In this document: piece by piece, positions 26,700-38,620 of the stretch | How positions within the stretch are numbered: the stretch's first letter is position 1 | Layout: the number at the start of each line of letters is the position of its first letter | Assembly: GCF_009914755.1 (NCBI RefSeq) | Contig: NC_060940.1 | Length of the DNA: 64,000 bases | Strand: one strand, 5' to 3' | Source of the DNA: the human T2T-CHM13v2.0 reference genome, Homo sapiens | The notes under the pieces: generated by a model | Seen by the model: only the letters and a program-made list of their open reading frames with translations | The model's database searches: none | What the model was told of the DNA's origin: nothing | Program-made: the position numbers and the translations under genes

Positions 26700-27215
26700 T
26701 TTAACTCTGCTTTAAACCCCTTCATGGCTTCCCACCACACTTACAAATACAACTCCTTATCCTGTCAGCAGGGGCTTGCTTAATCTGACCCTTTCCACAT
26801 ATGCTGGATCACTTCACGCCTCCCTGTTCTTTCAATTCCTTGAACACACCAAGTTCCTGCATTCCCGCCTCAGGGCCTTCACCTTCAGCCTCTCTGTCCC
26901 CACCTGCTATCCTCCCCAGCTTTGCACACCTGATTGCTTTTTGTAAGTCAGATCTCAGATTAATTGTCGCCTTTACAGACAGATTTTTCTTAACTCTCCA
27001 GTCTAAAGAAGCCACCTCCTCCAGTTCTCAGCACTGTGCTTCTCACTCTCGTTTATTTTGTTGTTTATTCATTTGCTTGTCATCTGTATTTTCCCACTAG
27101 AACTCAAGTTTGTGACAACAAGGACCTAGGTCATTTTCACTGCTGTAGTCCCAGTTCCTACAACAGTGCCCAGGACACACCAGGAACGTGACATTTATTG
27201 AATAGATGAAAGAAC
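26700..27215 (+). mobile_element. L2a 3' fragment
   Basis: TTCCTTGAACACACCAAG...CCCGCCTCAGGGCCTTCAC...CCCACTAGAACTCAAG...TTCACTGCTGTAGTCCCAG...ACAGTGCCCAGG...TTTATTGAATAGATGAA. Confidence 0.85.
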
Positions 27216-27329
27216 AGTGTAAAAACCACATTGCTCTTCACTCTGCCTGCAGCCAACTCAAGAACAATTTCCTAAAGCAGCTCTGAAAATTACGAAAGAA
27301 ATAGTGCATGGATTCCAGCCCCAGTAGGC

Positions 27330-27720
27330 TTCTGGGCTTGGTGTTTCTTTAATTTCATGTAAATTTCTCTAAGTAAATATGCCTTAAAAGTGAATAAAAT
27401 TTTATTTCGCTTTAACAAGAGAATATAAAAGTTAAAAAGGTCACTGTAGTAATAGACTAATCTCAATTACCAGGGCAGCCTCTGAAACCCTCACTCCCAC
27501 CTAATCTCATTCGGTGCATACGCAGCTCACCGTGTGATTTCCAACACAGCTAAATGAAATTATAAAGCAGTGTTAAATTTATTAATCATTTAATTAGCTA
27601 AATGTTCCTGCAAGTACTGGCTAGATGAATGGCATGTCATTTTCTAATGCAATTTGCCTCTCAGGCAGCCAGGGTCAGAAAGGGAAGCTCCTGGCATCTC
27701 GAATGAGCTCTTTATATCAC
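27330..27720. promoter_or_regulatory. Candidate conserved enhancer (homeodomain-motif rich)
   Basis: Unique AT-rich block with CTAATCTCA twice (27457, 27501), TTAATTAG (27590) and AAAGGTCA (27436). Motif-based inference only. Confidence 0.4.
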
Positions 27721-28569
27721 ACCTTCTACTGGGAGACGGTTGTTATACCACTGATTATATTTGAGACTTGTACACAAGACCAGGGCACTCAGATGCTGGA
27801 ATTGGAAAATGCTCTCTTTCTTACCTGGGTTACAAAGAGGAGGCTCAGGGTAGCTGATGAGTCCCCCAGAGATTGTCTCTCCCCGTGTCCCCTTGCAGGA
27901 CAAATCTTTTCATATTTAACAAGCCACTGAGCAGAACAGGGGGAAAGATAGCAGGCAGTATTAAACGCATGCTCAATCTAGTTTTATTTCTTCAAATTTA
28001 CTCAGTCGAGAAAAATTTGTGGAGTGCGAATTCTCCTCATGCTAGGTGACTTTCTAATCCTTCTAGTTGAGTCAGGATTTATTTCTCCATTCTCGCCTTC
28101 TAGCCTGGGCTTGTCAGCTTGGGGTGTATGCCGCACCTCCTCTTTGAAGAGGATCTTCATTTGGAGGGGTGATCTGACTCCCAACCCTCCCCAGGTGAAA
28201 GCACCGGGATTCATACCTAGGGGGATTTGGGGCTGACTTTGACCCGTCATTATTTCTGACTGCAAAATTCCTGACAAATGTCTGCTGCTGGGTGCTCTGT
28301 GAATCTGTTCCCATTTGCAGTGAGAGTGCTGGCATCAAGCACATTGTCTAAATTCACTCGGCAAGAAGCCGTTGGAGTGGGTGCCACGTGAGGCCGAGAA
28401 CATCCAAATGAACACTGGTCTGTTTGTTCAAGATGGGAGCTGTCAGTTGTGAGAGCTCCTATGGGAAGAGTGTTTTGATGTACAGACATCCCTGGTCCAC
28501 AGAGCCACCAAGCAAGGCAGACTATTTCGTGAGAAAGAAGGAAGATAGACTCCATGCAACACAGTGGGT

Positions 28570-28795
28570 GTGGCACCAAGCGGGAGGTGGAGGGTTGCTA
28601 CCTACTCCCGGCTCCACCTACTGTCACCTGCATTCCCCTAGACAAATCACAGCACCTCAGGATCCTTGATCTCATCATCTGTAAAACAGAGATCAGATGA
28701 ACCCTCGATATTAATATCAATAAGAGCCGATCATAGGACTGCTCTAAGGATTAAATACAATGATGTAACCTACTTGAAAGTGTCATATAAATTCT
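28570..28795 (+). mobile_element. MIR
   Basis: CCCGGCTCCACCTACTGT...CTCATCATCTGTAAAACAGAGAT...AAGGATTAAATACAATGATGTAA. Confidence 0.6.
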
Positions 28796-28859
28796 GAGGT
28801 GAAGTGGAGGCATTATGGATGCATTTTATTTTGTTTTATTTTATTTCATTTATTCTTTT

Positions 28860-29245
28860 TTTGAAGAGCTATGGGTCAAGCAGATCTGCAGCCCACACTC
28901 GGCTCACTGATCACGTCCCATACAATCTTGGCAGATACTTAGCTGAATTCCATCGATTTAGTGATAAAATGGGAACAGTAGTAATGGTGCAGATTAGAGA
29001 AAAAAATGTGATTTGTGCATTCATATGTCTGTGTGTACATATATGTATATGTTCTGTGTATATGTAGACATGTATAGATGCATGTGTGTACGTATACACG
29101 CACACATACATAAATTGTGTACATACACATATACACATACAATACATATATTCTGATACACATATGTACATATATGTGTATACATGCTATATATAATGTA
29201 GCACGTTTCCTGGCACCTTGTTTGGTTCAATAATGTTGCTGGGAT
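28860..29245 (+). mobile_element. MIR split by a simple-repeat expansion
   Basis: MIR 5' part and core at 28860-29015; tail CCTGGCACCTTGTTTGGTTCAATAATGTTGCT after 29200. Confidence 0.55.
29018..29195. repeat. Mixed (TA/TG/CA)n low-complexity tract
   Basis: About 180 bp of mostly alternating purine-pyrimidine sequence. Confidence 0.9.
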
Positions 29246-29439
29246 TATACTACAATTTCCATTACTCTGACTATGGCAACACTGCTGATATAGGAGATCA
29301 CTTTTCCGCACAAACACCTCTAGGTATTGTTTAACACAGACCTCATGAAATAGGTTTGCCATGGATTAGATAAGGCAATTCTGGACTCACTTCCAGGATA
29401 GAAGGCAAAGACAAGTACCAATATATTTGGTAAAAATAT

Positions 29440-29670
29440 GACATGACATTTGAGTGCACACAGGCAAGTGAAGGTGGTTTCAAATCCTCCCTCTGTCTTT
29501 TCCCAGCTAAATGACCTTGTGCTGGCTCCTCACCTCCTAAGCCTCAGCTTATCTCTAGGATGGACGTCATTGTACTCCCTTCATCCCACCTAAGGTTGTT
29601 GTTAAGGATGAAATGAAAAGTCCACAGCATAAGCTTGACACATAAAATAAGCACCCGATGAATACTGACT
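29440..29670 (+). mobile_element. MIR
   Basis: GGTTTCAAATCCTCCCTCTG...TGACCTTG...AAGCCTCAG...GGTTGTTGTTAAGGATGAAATGA. Confidence 0.75.
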
Positions 29671-29672
29671 AA

Positions 29673-30054
<382 letters not shown>

Positions 30055-31509
30055 GAGATTTTTTCACTTTAAGAAATGCTTTTTCTGTCACCTCCCTGGA
30101 CTGTCTTGGATTTGTTTCTTTGAGGGGAAATATGAGGCTTTAATTTTCCCTCCCAGGCCTTGGAAAGGCCAAGAGAAGCCTGGAGATAGGAATCCACCTA
30201 CACAGAGTGTCTCAGTAAATTGGCAGTGGCCAGGACCAGAACCAGGACACCTGTCTCCCAGATCTGTCCTTTTCTTGGATAGCTTGAAGTTACGGGTAGT
30301 TATTGAATTGGTCACTGGCTACCCCCTGAATCATTACCTGATTTTTTACTGAGTGTTCCTACCTGTGAGTAAAGGGTGCCTGGTTTTGCACAAGTGTTTT
30401 CTTGGCCCAAGAGATATTTTTATATTTGCCTTTGGGTTGATGAGATGCTGGTATGTATCATTCGTTCAGCCATTCTTTCAGTAAGTCATCACGGAAGTCT
30501 GCCTCTGTGACAGATTCTGGGGCTCTAAGGAGGAATTTACTTCTTCAAAGTACAGTTTCCTGCCTTGCAAGTTTGGAGTTAAGGCCACGCAGACCAGAGT
30601 TACGTGCACAGGTTGTAATACTCTCTCTTGTCCCTGGTTGCCTGATTCAAGTTAGGGGCTTCTTCTGGATTCCGTAGGTAGGATGCTGACTCTCAGCTGT
30701 CCTGATGCCACTGGTGTTCCTCTAGTAGGCAACATTGATGGTAAACATAGAAAGTCATGGAAGGCCTCAGTTACCTCTAGCCCTGAAGACACAGGGATAC
30801 CCTTGGGGCGGAGACCTTAGGGACAGGACAATAAAGATCAGGCCTTGGGAGATGCAAACAGTTTGCCCTTGGACCATGTCTTCTGCTTTCATCCTTATGC
30901 TCTCAACAGATCATGCCAAGGTCCTGTGTTCACCGCGTTCCTGAGTCCCCATTCAGAGGCTCAAGAATTGAGACAAAAGGGCATCCTGCAAATTTGCTGC
31001 CCTGGAAGCTGTGCTGGGGGAGCCAGTAGAGACTTCAGGTGGATCTGGAGGTCCTTCCCCAACCTTCTGCAAACCATGTCTTCCCAGAGAGCTTCTAAGC
31101 CAAAGCAAAGGTGTTGCTCTCTGCCTCTTGTTGCTCTGTAATTCATCTCAGCAACCATCTTTCCCATCTCTGGGAAGAGAATGTTGTCCCCCAGAAAAAG
31201 TCCTTATGGATAGATTTAGTTATTGCTTATGGTTTAGAGAAAGCGCCTTTCAACAGTCACATGCAAGTATTCTTTCAGGCATTTATCCAAACACACAGGA
31301 TGAGGCCTCTTTGTCAAACCAGTGTTTGTTGACAAGCGACATTTGTGTGCAGGAGATGGCTCATTGTGTGTGTTTACTTGGAGCTGTTATATATGCTGGG
31401 GGAGACACTGTGTATACAAACCTAGGAGGGAGAGATTGGGAGGAGGGAAGAAAGTGAGGAATAGGCTTAGTGAGAAAGAGACCAGAGAAAGAGAAAAGAA
31501 ATAAACATT

Positions 31510-31740
31510 AGCAGGGTGGTTAAACATCCAAGCATTGAAAACTGCGTGGTGGAGCTATGTACTAACTGGGGGGTCTTGAGGAAGCCCATTAGTCTCCCTG
31601 AGCCTCAGTTTAGTAGAAGTAGGAATCGTCATTAAGGCGCCTCATTTATGAAGTTACTCTGAGCTCTATAAGAGATAAGCATACAGAAAACTTTGGACAG
31701 TGCCTTGCACACAGTCAGTAATCAATGCATATTCATCATG
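31510..31740 (+). mobile_element. MIR
   Basis: CTCCCTGAGCCTCAGTTT...ACAGTGCCTTGCACACAGTCAGTAATCAAT. Confidence 0.65.
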
Positions 31741-31752
31741 ATGTTAGAGAAA

Positions 31753-32044
31753 GGCCGGGCATGGTGGCTCACACCTGTAATCCCAGCACTTTGGGAGGCC
31801 GAAGGGGGTGGATCACCTGAAGCCAGGAGTTCAAGACTAGCCTGCCCAAAATGGAGAAACGCCATCTCTACTAAACATACAAAATTAGCCTGGCATAGTG
31901 GTGCATGCCTGTAATCCCAGCCACTTTTGAGGCTGAGGCAGGAGAATCACTGGAACTGGGAGGCGGAGGTTGCAGTGAGCTGAGATCGTGCCATTGCACT
32001 CTGGCCTGGACAACGAGCAAAACTCCACCTCAAAAAAAAAAAAA
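31753..32044 (+). mobile_element. Alu (AluS)
   Basis: GGCCGGGCATGGTGGCTCACACCTGTAATCCCAGC... poly-A followed by (GA)n. Confidence 0.96.
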
Positions 32045-32134
32045 GAGAGAGAGAGAATAAGGTCAGAGGGGGAAAAGAGAGAAAGTGAAAGCAACAGTAA
32101 GGAAGAGAATTGGAAAAAAAAAAAAAAAAAAAGG

Positions 32135-33075
32135 AACTGATCTGGCTGTATCTGTCGAGTTGCTTCTGCCGTTTCTAGCCCAGCCCACGGTTTTCCCTCT
32201 GCAGGGTGTCTGTGGGCATGGTTTGCAAATAAACAGTGAGAAGTATAAGCTAAACATAGACTTTAGGCATATACATAATAGGCAGGCGTGATCGCGTTCA
32301 CCCATTCAGTTTGCCATATAAAAGCTTTTCCTCGGTGCCACTTTATGGCCCAGAAACAAGGCTACAAAAACTTTAATACTGCTTTTTATTTTATAGAAAA
32401 ATATAAATCAATACTTTCATGTCTGTTTGACGTGTTTGGGAGCTACAGCAATTGAGGCTTGCCAGTGTCTGGATGCCCCACCACTACCACGCCACTTAGC
32501 TCAGAGTTTGTTTTTTTCCTTCCACCATGTGAAATGTTGCTGGTTAACCAGTTAAAACGGGGAGATGGCCATGATTGCTTTTAGATTGCCACTTCCACAT
32601 TGAGTGAATTTTATAATAAGAAGCCATTTTTTCCCCGACAGGCTGCCCTTGTGCCCGCCTCTCTGACTTTGAGGTCCTCATTATTGTGGGTTTAAATGAA
32701 GGATGTTCATTCAGGCAGGGATGGGGGGATGGGGGGAGGCCACCAGGCATCAGCGCTGTTATCAGGACCTTCTATCAGGCCAAGTGACAGGCGTCCAGAG
32801 CAAGAATGCAGAGCTCATGGTGGAGACCTCCGGCTGACACCAAAGGTGACTCCCCTCACTCTAACCTTGAAAGGGAAAGTTCCCACTTTATTAAAATGAA
32901 TTTCGAAAGGGCCGCTCTGACAGCTGCATAATTAAATACTGGAGTGTCAGCGATAATTTATTCCACTCGCATGTGGTGGTCAGATCCTTTTCACTAGAGG
33001 GTCAGCAAACTCAGTGACAGAGGCAAGGAGACAAGGGATTCAGGGCCCTTTGTCATTTATGTAGCACCAGCCCTG
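32135..33075. promoter_or_regulatory. Candidate conserved enhancer cluster
   Basis: Repeat-free block with FOX (GCAAATAAACA 32225), HOX/CDX (TTTATGG 32342), MEIS+E-box (TGACAGCTG 32918), TAATTA (32929) and SOX (CCTTTGTC 33047) motifs. Inference only. Confidence 0.45.
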
Positions 33076-35183
33076 AAATCGGAGACTCATAAAACCTACA
33101 AATACACACACAAACACAAACCAGGCAAACCCACACACCACGGAGAAGAGGCAAAGTGTGCATAAAGATACCCTGTTGTTATTCACCCAGTACAACTCTC
33201 TAATTCATGTATAAACAGTAAGTGTAAAATGTTCCACACCCTTATGTATAGACTTTTAACCTCTATTTGAGGGTCTCTGGGAGGACCATAGTTGTTTCTG
33301 AAGTATCACTTATCCTACGTTCCATGTAAGATCTCTTTCCTAGGGTAAACTTGATATGGAAGGTCTTCACAGATTAAAACGAAGGAAAAAAAAAAAAAAA
33401 CTAGATAAATCTCCCTGGACATGAACTTTTGTAGAAGTAGTTACAACGCTAGTGACCTCATATACTCATGGTAACGGCTTCCGGCATCCAATGACCTTGC
33501 CATTGCGGAGGTCAATTTCATGTGTGTGTGCACACATGGGTGCGTATATGTTACAGAGGGAAACTTGCCTGTTTGAAGCAGGTGTCGTGGAAACAACATG
33601 GGCTTTAGAGCCAGACATGGAATCCTTTCTTATGATTAATGCAGCTAAATTTCCCACTGCAGCCGGTAGCATATTGCTTCATAAATGTCTATAAAAAAAT
33701 ACGAAAAACAGAATCAGAGCAAATTCAGCATAGACCTCCTTGGGATGTTTTTTCTTTGTTTATGTTGGTGTTTTGTTTTGTGTTGTTTCAGCTGGGGTGC
33801 AGTTGTATTCTGTTCCCTCTTTGCTAGTTCAGAGGCAGTGAAAGCGTGCTTCTCAGGACTCATTGTCCAGAAGATTCTGCCTACAGCTGGTTTTACGCAG
33901 AGAACTAGCACACAAACCCAGTCCATCATTTCTTATTTGACTCTGTCCTGTTTACTCTGTCAGGGTGAAAAGCACAGGCCAAGCTCGGCTAGTCAAAGCA
34001 TTACTTTGTCACAGGCAGGCTTGGCTTCTCCGAGTCAGCCTGAACAAATTACATCCCTCACTCGGTCGCCGAACCGGGAACAGGGTTATAACTCAGTCTA
34101 AGCACCCGTCCCTCTTCTATTACCTTCATAACCAAGGTCATACTAATCAACTCAATTACCAGCCCTCTCAGACATTTTCATAATGTTTTCTGGTAGTTGC
34201 TCTCCTGTGAAAATCTTTCGGTCTAAGCAAATTAATGTCATTTTTATAACTATCTGCATTTCAGGTACAGTGATCTCCTTTAAAAAGGCTGCGTCCCAGC
34301 AGCATAGACCAGCTTTACCTCCCAGCGTAGTCTTCAGACAAGTTAGGGTATTGCCGAAGTCCATTCTTGACTTTTTTTAATAGTGCAAACAAATCATCTT
34401 GTTTTTAGGAAAACATGAAATTATAAAGAAATTGACTTCAATCACTTCTGGAGGCAGAGCACTGAGTTGCCTCCCCACCTCATTCCCCTCACTCCCAACT
34501 CAGCAACCTGGGTGTTTCAGCCAGGGCTTTTCCAGGCCTTAATTTCTCTGACACAGGAGGATGGAATTACATTATTTCCACCACAAAGATTGTGTTTTAA
34601 ATCCTTCTTAGTTTGCAGCTTTTTTTCCCTTTTGCCTCCTCTTTAGTTCATTCCAATGATAAATCCTCCCTCCTTTGTCACAGAGCCACTGTGTACTTTC
34701 ATAGACCATCCTATTTTTCAACGAGAGTTCAGAACCACACCATACGGGCAATAGTCCGCATTTTCAACATTTCCTAACAGCACAATTGTTAGGTAGCTAA
34801 CAATTGAATTGACTGTGTCAGGTAGACTTATTTTTCGAGTTGTGCTGGTTAACTGCAATCCAAGTTTAGGAAGCAAACTACCAATTTCATTTAATAGAAT
34901 GAGCTAACCAAGGCACATGGTGACTACTGTCCCTCAAGACCGCTGAACTACCACTTCCAGCACCTGCTCAGATTATTCATTACAATGAAGCTCTTTAACA
35001 CTGTGTTTGCATTCTTTAGTATATATCTTGTTAATAGTAGGCCCTGAATAAAGACCAGTTGAACAAATAAACTATTTTTCCATGTATTAATTCTTTAGTG
35101 AACTTGCTTATTTGTTCAGAAGAGACATTAAGCTAAGTATACAACACTCGGTAAATTTCAACTTCATCATATATATAATAATT

Positions 35184-35476
35184 ATTTTTTTTTGAGACAG
35201 AGCCTTGCTGTGTCATCTAGGCTGGAGTGCATGGCCTGATCTCTACTCTCTGCAACCTCCACCTCCCAGGTTCAAACAATTCTCATGCGTCAGCCTCCTG
35301 AGTAGCTGTGATTACAGGTGTGTGCTACCACGGCCGGCTAATTTTTTTGTATTTTATTAGAGACGGGGTTTTGCCATGTTGGCCAAGCTGATCTGGAACT
35401 CATGTGCTCAAGCAATCCACCCACCTCGGCCTCCCAAAATGCTGGGATAACAGGCATGAACCACCATGCCCGGCCA
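35184..35476 (-). mobile_element. Alu (AluJb/S)
   Basis: Poly-T plus dimer ending CCCGGCC. Confidence 0.95.
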
Positions 35477-35699
35477 TCAGAAATATTTTATTTCACTATT
35501 TTAAAAAATTAGCAAGGAAGCAAATATGACAAAATGCTAACAATTCCAAAATGCTAATAACTTCTGAGTGGTGAGTATAAGTGTGATTATTATATTATTC
35601 TTAGTATTTGGTTTTTTTCTGTAGTGTGTAGTTTCCCTCCATGACACTGAGGGCTCAGGTGGCTCTGACCTTGGAGACAGGGAGACATTTAGTGAAGGA

Positions 35700-35930
35700 A
35701 TGGGAGGTAAGGAGCTGGCATCTCTGGTGTGTCCATCATGCACTGACCTGCACTAGATGTTTTGCTTCCAGAGTCTCCTGGAATGCTCCATGGCCTCCAC
35801 GCATCGTAATTCCCATCAGCTTAAGGCAGCGAAGCGAATGCCCACAGTGCCCAAGTCACTTGCCCAAGGTTATCCAAGTCAAATAAGACAGAGATGAGAT
35901 TCAAATTCAGGCCACAATGACTTCAAAAAC
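35700..35930 (-). mobile_element. MIR
   Basis: AAGTCACTTGCCCAAGGTTATCC...GAGATTCAAATTCAGGCC...TGACTTCAAAA. Confidence 0.65.
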
Positions 35931-35964
35931 CCTTGTATCCTTGTTTTGTTTCGTTTCCCTGCAA

Positions 35965-36575
35965 ACATTGTTTTAGTTGAGATGAAATTCACGTAATATA
36001 CAATTAACCATTTTAAAGTGTACACTTCGGTGGCATTTAGTGAACTCAGTGTTATGCCACCGTCACCTCTTTTTAGTTTCAAAACTTTGTCATCACCCCA
36101 GAAAAGCATACACATAAAGTCATCACTGCCCCATTCCCTTCTTCCAACTTCTCTGCTTTTGGTCTCTGTGGATTTGCCTATTCTGGGTATACCACATAAA
36201 AGGAATCAAAGAATATGTGACCTTTTGTGTCTAGCTCCGTTCACTTAGCATGCTGTTTCCAAGGCTTGTCTAAGTTGTGGCATGTGTCAGTACTTTATTC
36301 TTTTTTATGGCTGCATAGTATTCCACTGCATGGATATACCACATCTTGTTTATCTGTTCATCCATTGATGGACATTTGGGTTGTTTCCGCCTTCTAGGTA
36401 TAATGACTTGTGTTGCCATAAACATTTGTATACAAGTTTCTGTGTGGACATGTTCTCACTTTTCTTGGGTATATACTTAGGGGTGGAATTGCTGGGTCAT
36501 ATGATCAGTCTAGGTTTAACTTTTTGACGAACTGACAAACTGCTATCCACAGTGGCTGCCTGTACCATTTTACAG
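35965..36575 (-). mobile_element. L1MB-type 3' end
   Basis: TTGAGATGAAATTCACGTAATATACAATTAACCATTTTAAAGTGTACA...CATTGATGGACATTTGGGTTGTTTCC...GGAATTGCTGGGTCATATG. Confidence 0.9.
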
Positions 36576-37269
36576 AAAATCTCTGCTTTTAATACTTCTG
36601 GATGTGTTCTAAGGCACTAGGCTTTTCATTAAGTTCATTTCTGCAGAAAGAGTTAAGGAGTGTTCTCAGGTAACTATAATCAACCCCCAGGGACTTACTC
36701 AAGTTGTGCATGTGCAACTGAAATATCTGGCAGGCATCCAGTCCCTGTTATTTCAGTCTCTCCCCGCCTCCCTGCCCACACCTCTGAAGCTCCATATTAC
36801 CCAGGAAGGGACAATGGGGGGCCTAGAAATGTGGAGGGAGGCAAGAGAGTGATAATTATGCCATCTACACTTGTCGACTAGAATTTCCAGGTACTTTCAC
36901 CTCTAGGCTCTTACCTGGCTTTTGTGAAGCCCCTCAGGGAAGAGGAGGAAAGCTGGGCAAGGGGGAGGGGTAAACCAAGTCCCAGCAAAGTCATTCCAGT
37001 TTCCCAAGATCCCGGAGCTTGTTTGTATCCAGCTGAGATCCAGTTGAGACCAGAATTCACTCTCTCCACACCTCCATCAGCTGTGGCCTCGAGTTCCTTA
37101 ACATTTTTTAAAACAAAAAACTTTTGCATGGGAAAAATCCCTTTAGAAAGTTAAAGGTTTTCCTTATACAAACTATCTCACTTTGAAAACTGGCCCACTG
37201 TAAAAATCTTGATTCCGGAGCTTCCTTAAAAATCTTTTCACCCCTTTAAAGTGAAAGTTATGGAGAATC

Positions 37270-37500
37270 TATTAGATACAAATTAATACGGGCAAGGCGT
37301 GTGCTAGCTGTTTTATAAACATGATCCCACTTAATCCTCCACTTCACAATTCTGAAAAGTCAACAAATTTGGCCCATGGTAGAGAGGAGGAAACCAAGAC
37401 TTGAAACATTAAATAACATGTCCAAAGTCTCCCATTTCAGAGACAGGGGCATTTGGCTCCAGGTTTTTCTGACTCTAGACAGTAGTTTGTTTTTAGCACA
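37270..37500 (-). mobile_element. MIR
   Basis: CACTTAATCCTCC...AGAGGAGGAAACCAAGACTTG...TTAAATAACATGTCCAAAGTC. Confidence 0.65.
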
Positions 37501-38439
37501 TCAAATCTGAGACTTGTGATGTGTCAGAAAGCACAAAGGACTTTGATCACAAGATCAAGCCCCAGAGGGCCATGACTGCATAAACCACAACAACTGCGTG
37601 GCTGCCTGTCACGTCTTCATCTGCAAGTTGGAGGAACTTGGAGAAATGCAGTGCTTCCCTGCAGCTGCAGAGGGTCTCACTGAGCACTATTCTTGGAATT
37701 CTTAAAAGCTGGGCCTGTAAGCCTTTTTTGCATTTCCTTTCAGCCACCTCCTGGCTGTCCTTTTAAAGCCAGGGTAAAGTCCCCAGCACCCAGAATCAAG
37801 GATGGGGAAGAGGAATTTTGAGAATGTGCTTCCTGCTTCACACAAATAGCTAAAGACAGAAATGATGGCACAAGCCCTAACCAACAACTAGGAAGGTAGG
37901 TTGTCCAAGACAAATTGCAGTTTAGAATGGACCTGCCAAATGGGTGGGTGGGCAGGATGGCTGGGATCGCCAGTGCCCAACCTTGCCACAGCCTCCTTTT
38001 GTCACTCTAGGGACTACCCTTTTCCTCCCCAGACGTTTTTCCTGACTCTAAATAGTGGGAAAAGTCTGGTTTGAGATTGCTGTATTGCAGGGAAGTTCTT
38101 ACAGCGGGCTTGATGGGCCCAGAAATCAAGATGGAAAAAAACAACCCTCTATGTTGATGGCCATGCACAGTGGCTCAGCAGAACTGGCTCTGTTGACCAG
38201 GCTTGGGTGCTCTCCTGCAGGGCATTGCAATCTTTAGGACACCTTCATTACCCCTCCTAAAAGGAGATTTTATAATGAGCGCCAACCAGCTCAAACAAGT
38301 TAGGATCTCCTAACATGTCTGGTGAAAATACAGGAGTATTTTTCATCATCTCTGGAAAAGTTGCTATCATGTCCTTCAATAACCCAGTCTAACCATGTTT
38401 TTCCAGTGGAAATGATTCCCGGTAGAATGTCCTATGTTC

Positions 38440-38620
38440 CTTTTGCACATTTCTCCTTACAAACATCATCTCATTTAATCCTCACCACAAAACTGATAGT
38501 GTCATCTCCAATTTATAGTTGAGGAAATAGAGGATCAGAGAAGCTACGTGATCTATGCAAGGTCCCCCAGCTAGGAAGTAGCAAAGATGGAATTTGACCC
38601 AGGTCTGACTCCAGAAGCAC
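38440..38620 (-). mobile_element. MIR
   Basis: ATCTCATTTAATCCTCACCACAA...GAGGAAATAGAGGATCAGAGAAG...GGAATTTGACCCAGGTCTGACTCCAGA. Confidence 0.8.
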
